From IMG/VR virus record IMGVR_UViG_2585427784_000002: a stretch of DNA of 30,660 nucleotides. One strand, given 5' to 3'. Origin of the DNA: a virus. Lineage: Duplodnaviria; Heunggongvirae; Uroviricota; Caudoviricetes. The notes under the pieces were generated by a model. It was given only the letters and a program-made list of their open reading frames with translations. It was not told where the DNA came from and searched no databases. Of this stretch, positions 1-8,294 are shown one piece after another. The position numbers and the translations under genes are program-made. Within the stretch, counting starts at the first letter, position 1, and the number at the start of each line of letters is the position of its first letter.

Positions 1-357
1 CTTGCTGATTACGTGCAGCTTTCCCTTCAGGCGGGATTCATACAGCGGCCAGCCATCCGTCATCCATATCACCACGTCAAAGGGTGACAGCAGGCTCATA
101 AGACGCCCCAGCGTCGCCATAGTGCGTTCACCGAATACGTGCGCAACAACCGTCTTCCGGAGCCTGTCATACGCGTAAAACAGCCAGCGCTGGCGCGATT
201 TAGCCCCGACATAGCCCCACTGTTCGTCCATTTCCGCGCAGACGATGACGTCACTGCCCGGCTGTATGCGCGAGGTTACCGACTGCGGCCTGAGTTTTTT
301 AAGTGACGTAAAATCGTGTTGAGGCCAACGCCCATAATGCGGGCTGTTGCCCGGCAT
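1..357 (-). CDS. insB: IS1 InsB transposase, partial (3' end cut by window edge)
   Basis: Minus-strand ATG at 355-357 begins [21 protein letters not shown]...; window position 1 falls inside the conserved ...KGKLHVISK segment; overlaps insA as in IS1. Confidence 0.85.
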
Positions 358-551
358 CCAACGCCATTCATGGCCATATCAATGATTTTCTGGTGCGTAC
401 CGGGTTGAGAAGCGGTGTAAGTGAACTGCAGTTGCCATGTTTTACGGCAGTGAGAGCAGAGATAGCGCTGATGTCCGGCAGTGCTTTTGCCGTTACGCAC
501 CACCCCGTCAGTAGCTGAACAGGAGGGACAGCTGATAGAAACAGAAGCCAC
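276..551 (-). CDS. insA: IS1 InsA (transposition regulator, 91 aa)
   Basis: ORF translation [43 protein letters not shown]... is the recognisable IS1 InsA zinc-finger/HTH protein; position inside IS1 fits. Confidence 0.93.
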
Positions 552-615
552 TGGAGCACCTCAAAAACACCATCATACACTAAATCAGTAAGTTGGCAGC
601 ATCACCGTCAATACC

Positions 616-1863
616 TTGTTTAAGGGCGATGATACCTCTCCTCCAAGCGGACGCATCCTGGTTAACCCTGTGGAGATGAAACCTAACCCGGCTGCTTCAG
701 CTGAAGTATGGGAAGCATTTGAAGCGCTACCTTCGCAAACCCGACCACAGAAAGGAGCCAGACCCGCCAGACGTCTGACCGCGCTGGCACAGGAACTGGT
801 TGATGACGGTATTCTTGATGGGGCAGTCAGGAAAGCCCATGCTGCTTTGCACGCTGTTCTGGACAAGTTCCAGATAGAAAATGCCGAGAAAATCAAAAAC
901 AAACGCAATGCAGTGCTCGTCGTAGATGGTAAGGCTGTGGTTGCCAGCCTCAAGAACAAAGCAATGACCTTCAACGAATTCTGGGAGGAGGCGGACGTAA
1001 CGGTGATTGATGACGCCTACCGGCGTGCAGCCCGAATTTTCAGCCCGGATGTTTCACGTACCTATGTCGAATATCTGGCCGATAAGGTTGCGGATCGAGA
1101 AGAGGATGCAGAGGAATATCTGGAAGCAATCATGGAGGCTCGTGTTACCGTTGCTGGCATGGGGCTGGTGATGGAGGTGCAGGATTACTTCGATGGCGAG
1201 GCCGATAGACTGGCGAAGGCGTGGCTGGCCGAGTACACACCGCAAATCAAGTCGTTGAAAGATGAGCGTAAAGAGGCCTATCGTCAAATCGTCGAAATGA
1301 GTACCGAACCGCAGGATGTGGATCTGGTCAGGCCGGCGAACAAGTTTGAAATGACCAGGGTGCGTGAAGGTGAAAAGGAAGCTGACCTTCCAGTCTGGAA
1401 ACACCATTTGTTGTGTGACAAAAGTGGGAACTATCCGGCTCTGTTGAACCATTGGGAAACCAAGGTTTTTGAGATCGAAACCAAACGTGAAGGATTTGCT
1501 TTCTGGTATCGTAATCCACAGTACACAGGGCAGTCGTCACTGGGAATCGCTTATGTTGAAGCTGAACAGTACAAGATTGTTCGTCCCGATTTCCTGTTCT
1601 TTGCCGAACAGGATGGCAAAATGGTTGTGGACCTGGTAGATCCACATGGCCTACATCTGGCTGATGCTTTGCCCAAACTGAAAGGACTTGCTCTATATGC
1701 CGAACATCATTCTGATGCTTACGGGCGAATCGAATCTGTCGCCGAAGTAAAGGGTAAATTACGAGTGTTAGATTTGAAACGGCAGGATGTGCAGGATGCT
1801 GTTGCTACCGCTGAAAATGCAGAAACGTTATTTAGTAGCGGACTTGCTGATGACTATCAGTAA
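616..1863 (+). pseudogene. yagJ: Large ORF interrupted at its 5' end by IS1; likely remnant of a longer gene (yagJ-like by position). Function unknown.
   Basis: Reading frame is open from the IS1 boundary (606) with no stop; first in-frame start is TTG at 616. An internal Met at codon 173 would give a 243-aa product, the length I recall for K-12 yagJ next to IS1. Symbol rests on memory of K-12 gene order. Confidence 0.55.
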
Positions 1864-1953
1864 TCTATAGAAAATTGCGTAACGAAACTGCATTTCAGTA
1901 ATTGGTTGATGCAATACAAATATGGCCTTCTCACTGGGAAGGTCATTGCCGAC

Positions 1954-2580
1954 TTACAGATCGATTTGGCTGCAGCCGAAGTTACGATCCCCTTCACCAA
2001 AAACTTTGCTCTCAACTTTGGTGAGGTAATCCAGTCGGGTTAACAGCGACTGGTAGTTCTGCTGGAAGTCAGTACTATTGTTATCCAGCACATAATTACA
2101 GTTTTCAGGAAAATGGACCAGACCAGGGTGATCGTCTCTCTCCAGTCTCAGGGCGCTGTACCAGGCTCCAGTGATCATCCCTCTCAGGTTATCGTCCTGA
2201 TCGTAATCCCCGAGGTGGTAGTAAGCGTCTTTGTTGAACAACAGGCAAATGTGGTAGTGGCATTTACCTGACTCAGAATACTCTTTCGCCCATATAATAA
2301 ATAAAGGGCAACGGTAGATGCGTTTACCTTCACGCTCCTTACGGGTACGGTCAGCCTCCAGCTTAGCTCTGAGGGATTCACGCATCCGGGATATCACCCC
2401 AGGTTCCAGATTAGGGAAGCAACAAATATTGTCACCGTTATCAACTATTTTGGGATAGTGGAGATCGACACGTACAGCAATTAACCTAGGATACCGGTTA
2501 GTCAAATAACATAATAATTTATTAATCTTACTCTGATATTCGAGGATATGTACTCCATGAGTACCTTGATATGTTTTCAT
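1954..2580 (-). CDS. yagK: YagK/YfjJ-family protein (inovirus Gp2-like domain), 208 aa
   Basis: Translation MKTYQGTHGVHILEYQSKINKLLCYLTNRYPRLIAVRVDLHYP... matches the YagK/YfjJ family pattern seen in CP4-type islands; length and position fit K-12 yagK. Confidence 0.8.
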   Translation of the reverse strand: MKTYQGTHGVHILEYQSKINKLLCYLTNRYPRLIAVRVDLHYPKIVDNGDNICCFPNLEPGVISRMRESLRAKLEADRTRKEREGKRIYRCPLFIIWAKEYSESGKCHYHICLLFNKDAYYHLGDYDQDDNLRGMITGAWYSALRLERDDHPGLVHFPENCNYVLDNNSTDFQQNYQSLLTRLDYLTKVESKVFGEGDRNFGCSQIDL

Positions 2581-2851
2581 AATATATACCTGTATTTGGT
2601 CCTACGGTCTATAGCAGACCGTACAGGGATGCCATACAGGCAGGGCTATTCCTGGTCACTGTTGTCGGTATATACTGGTATCAGATTTTAGTACGGACAT
2701 ACTGATCTGATTACTACTCTTACTGGTGAATACAGGTAGTAAGAGTACACAATGCCATTATATAATACCTATCCAACATCTAAATTTGAGACGAAGGTAG
2801 CCCCAGCCTGTGATGGCTGTTAAAAAGTTACTCTGCAATTAGCTTCTGGAA

Positions 2852-3550
2852 TTAACCGATGATTCCGTTATTCCAGTGCCGCTTCACAGTCGATAAACTG
2901 ATACTCAATTTCTTTGCAATCTCAGCCTGAGTAAATCCACCTTTCTTAAGTATTGTGATATCACGTCGGTATTTGCTTCCCTCCTTTCGTCCTAATTTCT
3001 TCTTAACATGTCGATATCGGCTTTTAGTTGATTTCAGATTGTGAATGTCAATCGTATCCTGACGAGCAATCAAAAAAGACAAGCAACTTTCAGCAGAAGG
3101 CTCTATCCTTGAAGCTGGATGGTAGCTGTAGATAAATATTTCTTTTTGAAGGCAAAAAAATAAAATATTCTGTAAATCCTCCACAGTTCTGCCAAGACAG
3201 CTTAGATCTGGAATTACAAGCGTGTCCTGCCGGTTCATTTCATGATGAATCAATTGTCTGAGTAAACGTTGCTCTGAAACAACCTCTTTAATATCTACCC
3301 GCTCGATCACAACATGTTCAGATAGAATATTAAATTTTTGGCATATCTCAGCAAGTGAGTGATGATCTGTAATGCTTTCTTGCTGTTCGCTACTGCATAT
3401 GGTGTAAAAAAATGAACGCATCTGATGCACTCCGGTGTCATAAATTATTTTTTGATACCTGAATAATGTCATTTTGCATAAAAAACAACCAAAAATAGAG
3501 AGTGATTGCCAGCGATACTTTAACTGGTAAAGTAGTATTTTACCTCTCAT
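2852..3550 (-). CDS. yagL: Serine-recombinase (resolvase/invertase)-like DNA-binding protein with C-terminal HTH, probably catalytically degenerate; 232 aa
   Basis: Resolvase-like motifs (YTICSSEQQ in place of YARVSTxQQ; DLSCLGR; C-terminal HTH GFTQAEIAKKLSISLSTVKRH). The conserved Arg before the catalytic Ser is replaced. Length matches K-12 yagL. Confidence 0.7.
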   Translation of the reverse strand: MRGKILLYQLKYRWQSLSIFGCFLCKMTLFRYQKIIYDTGVHQMRSFFYTICSSEQQESITDHHSLAEICQKFNILSEHVVIERVDIKEVVSEQRLLRQLIHHEMNRQDTLVIPDLSCLGRTVEDLQNILFFCLQKEIFIYSYHPASRIEPSAESCLSFLIARQDTIDIHNLKSTKSRYRHVKKKLGRKEGSKYRRDITILKKGGFTQAEIAKKLSISLSTVKRHWNNGIIG

Positions 3551-3576
3551 AATTGTTTGTCCTTCTTTGTTACCTC

Positions 3577-4431
3577 TTAGGTTCTGCTCTCTTGTGAGTA
3601 TGGGTTTATAATGATGTCATCCGGTACATTAACACGGTTGGAAACATCTGTTTTGCGGAGCACTGGCAGCATAACCACCATTTCATTGACATGGTAAATA
3701 TCAATCCAACAAACAACCGGATAAGGCATAACAATCCCCTTTCTTCTAAGAACTTCATTTATCCCGAATATAATCAATTGGGATGTTGACAAGAGTAGAG
3801 CCTGCCCGGCATCAAAGTAATAACCCTCAAAGGTTGTTCTATGAATAAGAATAATGTTTGAATATCCTGAGACACTTTGATGCTTTACATCAAGATGTCT
3901 TTGATTGTAAATGTAAATGGCTTTTTCCATATCGTAATTTTCCCTTAGCGAGGATAGCCTTTCACGTATAACTGTTTTTTCATCTTTCCCCATGAATTCA
4001 TCATTAGCGTTCAGTTGAAAGTAATCTGCAATGGGGATTTTTAATGGACTCATGATGTTCGTTTTCCAGATTAACGAACAGTACTCTTCCAGAGTTACTT
4101 CTGTTTTACCTCGGCTTCGATTGATGCTTTCTTTTATAGAGAACTTTAACAGGTCATTTTTTATTTCATTTATTGACCAGTTATGACGATTGCATTTTTC
4201 TAATATAGGGATAGCCAAATCCACAACTTCCGCTATTACGGAAGAGTGAGATTTATTTGTTAGTCTGGCATAATGATCAATTACTCCTAATGAAGATTGA
4301 TTTTTGAACGTGACTGAGTGTTTTTTTATGGGAGTAGTCTGTACTACCTGTGACTCATTGTTTTTGCCTTGACAAGGTTTTTTTCCTGGTAGAACGCTGC
4401 TCATCTCAAAATTAGTAACACTATTAGACAT
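3577..4431 (-). CDS. yagM: Hypothetical protein, 284 aa (yagM-like by position and length)
   Basis: Long uninterrupted ORF in AT-rich DNA following the yagL-like gene; no recognisable catalytic motif. Symbol from recalled K-12 CP4-6 order and length. Confidence 0.6.
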   Translation of the reverse strand: MSNSVTNFEMSSVLPGKKPCQGKNNESQVVQTTPIKKHSVTFKNQSSLGVIDHYARLTNKSHSSVIAEVVDLAIPILEKCNRHNWSINEIKNDLLKFSIKESINRSRGKTEVTLEEYCSLIWKTNIMSPLKIPIADYFQLNANDEFMGKDEKTVIRERLSSLRENYDMEKAIYIYNQRHLDVKHQSVSGYSNIILIHRTTFEGYYFDAGQALLLSTSQLIIFGINEVLRRKGIVMPYPVVCWIDIYHVNEMVVMLPVLRKTDVSNRVNVPDDIIINPYSQESRT

Positions 4432-4549
4432 TTTTAAGGAAACCTCTTTGTTATCTCAATATAAAACTACTATCTGAAATTTCTCAGTGTTGCCCCATTT
4501 TTCTCGGGGCAACATCGCTATAAATCAATAAAATTAAATCTGTAATTTA

Positions 4550-4774
4550 TTACAGACTTTCTCGTACAGAAAATGTATCTATAAAATCGAGGACATCTTT
4601 ACGTAACCAGTAATGGCGGCCATTGATTTGTTTTGGGCGAGGTAGCCCCTCAGGCAATTTGTCCTGACAAAGCCATTTACGAATGGTTTGAGATTTGTAG
4701 CTAATGATTTTAGCTAACTCAGCTGTTGAAATGAGCTGTGATTGAGATGTATCCGGGAGTTTGAATGCGCTCAT
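4550..4774 (-). CDS. Small HTH DNA-binding protein, AlpA/excisionase-like (74 aa)
   Basis: Translation ...LISTAELAKIISYKSQTIRKWL...PRPKQINGRHYWLRKDVLDFI resembles AlpA/Xis-type HTH proteins; ATGA start/stop overlap with the upstream yagN-like gene at 4771-4774. Confidence 0.5.
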   Translation of the reverse strand: MSAFKLPDTSQSQLISTAELAKIISYKSQTIRKWLCQDKLPEGLPRPKQINGRHYWLRKDVLDFIDTFSVRESL

Positions 4775-5211
4775 TTTGCCACCTCAGTGATTGAGATATT
4801 GGCAAAGAAAGCTTTAAGCATTATTGAATTAGTAGGGGTAGTAATGAAGGCAGAAGGAAACGTTTCGGGCTCGGGGTCGGGGTCACTACCATCACCTGAA
4901 TCTGATGATAAGGCACTTTTAGCTGATTTAGCCGTACTGTGATGCGATCTGGATGCCTGATTTTTACATGACATCAGACGCGCGAGAAAGTTAGTAGCAT
5001 TTTGCATTCTTTGTTTAAGATGTAAAATTTTCAGTTTGGCGCATGCGACAGACTTGCGAAGAGCTGAGTATGTTCCTTTGAGATACTCGACAACCTCTTC
5101 CATGGACGCAGGATCGTTAAAGGATTGAGTTGTTTTACTTGAATTAATACACCAGCGAGCTCTGATAGCTGCCAGAGTGGGTTCTATGGATACAGTTGCT
5201 GTGGTTGCCAT
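4771..5211 (-). CDS. yagN: Hypothetical protein, 146 aa (yagN-like by position and length)
   Basis: ORF adjacent to integrase fragment, coupled to downstream small HTH gene; central Ser/Gly/Asp/Pro-rich linker (SGDGSDPDPEPE). Symbol from recalled K-12 order. Confidence 0.6.
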   Translation of the reverse strand: MATTATVSIEPTLAAIRARWCINSSKTTQSFNDPASMEEVVEYLKGTYSALRKSVACAKLKILHLKQRMQNATNFLARLMSCKNQASRSHHSTAKSAKSALSSDSGDGSDPDPEPETFPSAFITTPTNSIMLKAFFANISITEVAK

Positions 5212-5327
5212 TGGCTTATCTCCTGTGTAGTTGCTGTATCATTGACTAAACTGTGTATTACGATACATGAAAATCTATCTTGATCAATAGTTGATGATAT
5301 TTTGTAATATGTTGATTTTTAATGGAA

Positions 5328-5948
5328 TCAACGCATATCAACGTTGTTTTTTATGGTAATACCTGCTTCATTTAAGATCCATGTCTCAATTTTCTCGTGC
5401 CATTTTCGTAACAGATCTAACGGACGACGGCGATAGTGTTTTTCGGCAAGAGCGCTGGGTTTGTGTCCCATAATTTGAGCAACAATACCAGTGGGAACTT
5501 CAACCCACTCGGCCAAAGTACCAAAACTACGACGTAAACCGTGAAGGCTGATATGTGGTAACTCAGCCAGCACTAACGCTCTGTTGTGCGCTGAACGCGG
5601 CTCAATAATTTTGCCACTTTTACTGTTACTTCTGAAAACCCAACCCTCCTTGTTTACGTCAGAATTTGGGGATTGCGCTAGTACATTTAACAATTCAGAA
5701 ACATAAGGAGTGAGAGGGATGATACGTTCACCTTCGATCTTGTCTTTAATTCGCATGCTTGACCATTTGAAATCTACGTCTGACCAGCGAAGCGACGCAA
5801 TTTCTTCACGCCGAGCACCAGTGAGCAAAAGTACTTGGAGATAGGCCGATGCAATAGGATTATTGAGGCTACGCACGGCACTAAACCAGCTTTTTAGTTG
5901 TTCCTTTTGCAGGCAATCATCAGCTTTACTCGCTGACACGGGAACCAT
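5328..5948 (-). pseudogene. Tyrosine integrase, C-terminal catalytic domain only (N-terminal arm/core-binding region missing); probably remnant of the island integrase (intF-like)
   Basis: Translation contains box I Arg (LLLTGARREEIASLRW), HxLRR (HGLRRSFGT) and C-terminal Tyr region (GHKPSALAEKHYRRR); only 206 aa, and an in-frame stop sits immediately upstream of the Met. Confidence 0.75.
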
Positions 5949-6069
5949 TTTTCTTACGTTGTAATCTTGTGCCAGATCGCCAGGAATGATCCCTTGATAT
6001 TTTTTCTGATAATTACTCCATTTGATGAAAGCACGTAGTAGGCGATAAGCGTGAGCAGTGACGGTAGGT

Positions 6070-6393
6070 CTATTTTGCCTTTCTGTACTCAGCCACGCTG
6101 CTATGTAATCTGGGGTTAGCTCCGATACCAGCTCGTTGCTGCCAGACGATCCAACCGAGAGTCATATCCCATGCCATGTATTCGTTATCGCCGTTTTTTG
6201 CTCTCCGACGATCTACTAAGTCACCAAAACGCTTTTCCATGAATAATTCATAAGCTTCGCGTTCATCTGGTTCTACTTCCAGAGATAGGAGTGCGATTTC
6301 ATAAGCACGGCGCTCAATATCGTCTCGCACGTCAAGGCTGCTGATACGCTCTTTAATTTCTTTAATCAGTTCTTTGTCGGTAAAAGTGGTCAT
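6070..6393 (-). CDS. Hypothetical phage-remnant protein (107 aa)
   Basis: ORF coupled by ATGA overlap (6393) to the upstream DUF551-like gene; no family recognised. Confidence 0.45.
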   Translation of the reverse strand: MTTFTDKELIKEIKERISSLDVRDDIERRAYEIALLSLEVEPDEREAYELFMEKRFGDLVDRRRAKNGDNEYMAWDMTLGWIVWQQRAGIGANPRLHSSVAEYRKAK

Positions 6394-6755
6394 TATGCTC
6401 CAGCCTCCGGTGCTTTTGGCATTACTGCCCAGTGAGTGATATTGACGTTTTCAAGGTCCCCGACCTGAAATGTCCACTGCCATTCTCCGGTTTCTTTTTG
6501 TCCCCAGGTGTACCAGAGAGAACGCCAGCCAATTAGCCAGCCTTCTCCGTTAGCATCGAATAACAAAACACTTTCATTTGCTGGTGGCAGTTCAGTTGAC
6601 ACTGGTATTACTTTGTTTTCCTGTGCTGCACATTTAGCTTCAAGCGCATCGAATTTACGCACCAGGTATTCAGCATCCGTTTCATTCACTTTCAGATCTC
6701 GCGGTACACATTTCCCGCGAAGAAACCCTTCCATTTCGAAAACATTCATGCGCAT
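6393..6755 (-). CDS. Hypothetical lambdoid-phage protein, DUF551-like (120 aa)
   Basis: Trp-rich C-terminus (GEGWLIGWRSLWYTWGQKETGEWQW) typical of small lambdoid early-region proteins; overlapping start/stop with neighbours. Confidence 0.5.
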   Translation of the reverse strand: MRMNVFEMEGFLRGKCVPRDLKVNETDAEYLVRKFDALEAKCAAQENKVIPVSTELPPANESVLLFDANGEGWLIGWRSLWYTWGQKETGEWQWTFQVGDLENVNITHWAVMPKAPEAGA

Positions 6756-7309
6756 TTGCGTAACTCCGATAATTCGTTAAAGCGTTCCATAAACATCCCG
6801 TAGGCATGGCCTGGAGCCAGTGGAATCACGTTGAACATCTCTGTTGCCGGGATACCTTCCAGCACAGGCCAGAAAGAGCCATCATCAAGCCCGAGATCGC
6901 GGCGTTCGGTTGCCAGCATGATGAGATCGGCATATTTCACGGGGGTACTCATAACCGGGGGTAACCCGTATTTCTCACGGATTACGGCGTCTATTTTTTC
7001 TTCCATCCGTTTATAGTCAGGAAGAAGGCGTTTCAGTGGCGCCGGGATGTCCTGGCAATACGCTTCTGTTGCATCATGCATTAACGCTTCAAAAGCAAAT
7101 TCCTGCGGTACCAGTTGGCTGCAAAGCACCGCATGTTGGGCGACGCTGTAGAAATGTGAAAGATGTCCTGCAAAGCGACAGATATTTGAAAGAGAAACCG
7201 CGATATCGTTAATAACGATGTCGTCTTTATTTATCCTGTCATAATAAAAATGCTTCCCGGAAAAAGTTTTAATAAATGACATTTTGTTCTCCACGTATAT
7301 GCGCTGCAC
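6746..7309 (-). CDS. HD-domain phosphohydrolase (5'-deoxynucleotidase-like), about 178-187 aa; start may be the internal Met at 7282
   Basis: HD motif context (CRFAGHLSHFYSVAQHAV...LMHDATEAYCQDIP) consistent with HD superfamily metal-dependent phosphohydrolases common in lambdoid prophages. Confidence 0.65.
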   Translation of the reverse strand: MQRIYVENKMSFIKTFSGKHFYYDRINKDDIVINDIAVSLSNICRFAGHLSHFYSVAQHAVLCSQLVPQEFAFEALMHDATEAYCQDIPAPLKRLLPDYKRMEEKIDAVIREKYGLPPVMSTPVKYADLIMLATERRDLGLDDGSFWPVLEGIPATEMFNVIPLAPGHAYGMFMERFNELSELRKCA

Positions 7310-7375
7310 CGCGCTGAATTCTGGTAAAAGGAAGCCCTCACCATCCGGCGATTATTGAGTCAATTACGTTTCCAT

Positions 7376-7397
7376 AAATGCCCCCGCAGGGGCATTT
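7376..7397. terminator. GC-rich palindromic hairpin (AAATGCCCC-cgca-GGGGCATTT), candidate terminator for the minus-strand gene ending at 7410
   Basis: Perfect 9-bp inverted repeat with 4-nt loop, located in the gap between two convergently arranged gene ends. Confidence 0.45.
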
Positions 7398-7409
7398 GCA
7401 GTAATGAAA

Positions 7410-8072
7410 TCAGGCGGTGAAAGTACCAATAAAGGTTTCTACTTTGCTGTCCTTGAATTTCGCAACAAGCAGATCACGAAATTCGTTAGCCATTTCTTCC
7501 TGCACTGCTTCCAGCTGAATAATGCGCAGAACCAGTACAGGACGATCGCCAGTGATAATGCTGAGGCGTAATTTAAACGGACGTTCTTTCAGGCCTTCAA
7601 ACGGAACGCATTTAAATTCAAATGCCACAGGCATAATATCTTTGGTCTTCGCTTCGACAGACTCCATCAGGGAGCGTTTGCCGCTGAAGTCATTGTCTTC
7701 AAAATCAGCGGTCTGGTTTGCTTCAATCGTGATTTTACGGACTGCCGCAGCCGCTTTTGTTGCCTGAATGGCATCACCATTAGCATCAAAGCCCACAAGG
7801 TAGTCGGCCCAGTCTTCGATCCATTCTGCCAGTGACTTCTGGGAGTTACGCTCGCCGTTAACAGACAACAGAGCAGAGAACGGTGCTGTCTTTTTCAGTT
7901 TGAGAGTGGCAGTGTTATCTGCGTGACCTGGCTCATCAATAGTACCCAGGTTATCTGATTTTCCCCTGTTCCCACGTCCCGTTTTGCCGCTTCTCCCAAA
8001 CCAACGTTTATGAAGATGCAGAAATAACGAGCAAATGGCATCATTCCTGCTTTTGTCAGGGGGAGCTACCAT
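7410..8072 (-). CDS. Phage-associated hypothetical protein (possibly YfdQ/DUF2303-like), likely 5'-truncated or fused at the junction with the invertase stub
   Basis: Long ORF; C-terminal two-thirds look protein-like, N-terminal about 40 aa are low-complexity ([13 protein letters not shown]) and overlap the plus-strand pin stub, suggesting a deletion junction. Family assignment tentative. Confidence 0.45.
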   Translation of the reverse strand: MVAPPDKSRNDAICSLFLHLHKRWFGRSGKTGRGNRGKSDNLGTIDEPGHADNTATLKLKKTAPFSALLSVNGERNSQKSLAEWIEDWADYLVGFDANGDAIQATKAAAAVRKITIEANQTADFEDNDFSGKRSLMESVEAKTKDIMPVAFEFKCVPFEGLKERPFKLRLSIITGDRPVLVLRIIQLEAVQEEMANEFRDLLVAKFKDSKVETFIGTFTA

Positions 8073-8197
8073 GCTTATTGGCTATGTACGCGTATCAACA
8101 AATGACCAGAACACCGATCTACAACGTAATGCGTTGAGCTGTGCAGGATGCGAGCTGATTTTTGAAGACAAGATAAGCGGTACAAAGTCCGAAACCT
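8069..8197 (+). pseudogene. DNA invertase (Pin/Hin/Gin family) N-terminal stub, 42 codons then stop
   Basis: Translation [42 protein letters not shown] matches the conserved N-terminus of serine DNA invertases, including the catalytic-Ser context YVRVSTNDQ; a full-length invertase is about 190 aa. Confidence 0.8.
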
Positions 8198-8294
8198 AGG
8201 GCTGACACTGCTGTTCTTGTTGCAAATTAAAGGATTTAATAGTGAGTAGCGGCCTTACTAATGTAAAGCCGCTATAATCATTTTATTAATTGCA

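Larger units (their letters stand above)
1..606 (-). mobile_element. IS1 insertion sequence, partial (about 160 bp of its far end lies beyond the window start); terminal inverted repeat at about 584-606
   Basis: Reverse complement of 586-606 is GGTGATGCTGCCAACTTACTG, the IS1 terminal repeat; insA and insB reading frames follow at the expected offsets on the minus strand. Confidence 0.93.

Noticed and set aside
368-580. 70-aa minus-strand ORF inside IS1
   Set aside because: Overlaps insA in another frame within the well-characterised IS1; no such gene is known in IS1, so treated as a chance frame.
585-974. 129-aa minus-strand ORF spanning the IS1 boundary
   Set aside because: Antisense to the IS1-interrupted large ORF and crosses the insertion junction; Ser/Thr/Ala-rich low-complexity translation; likely spurious.
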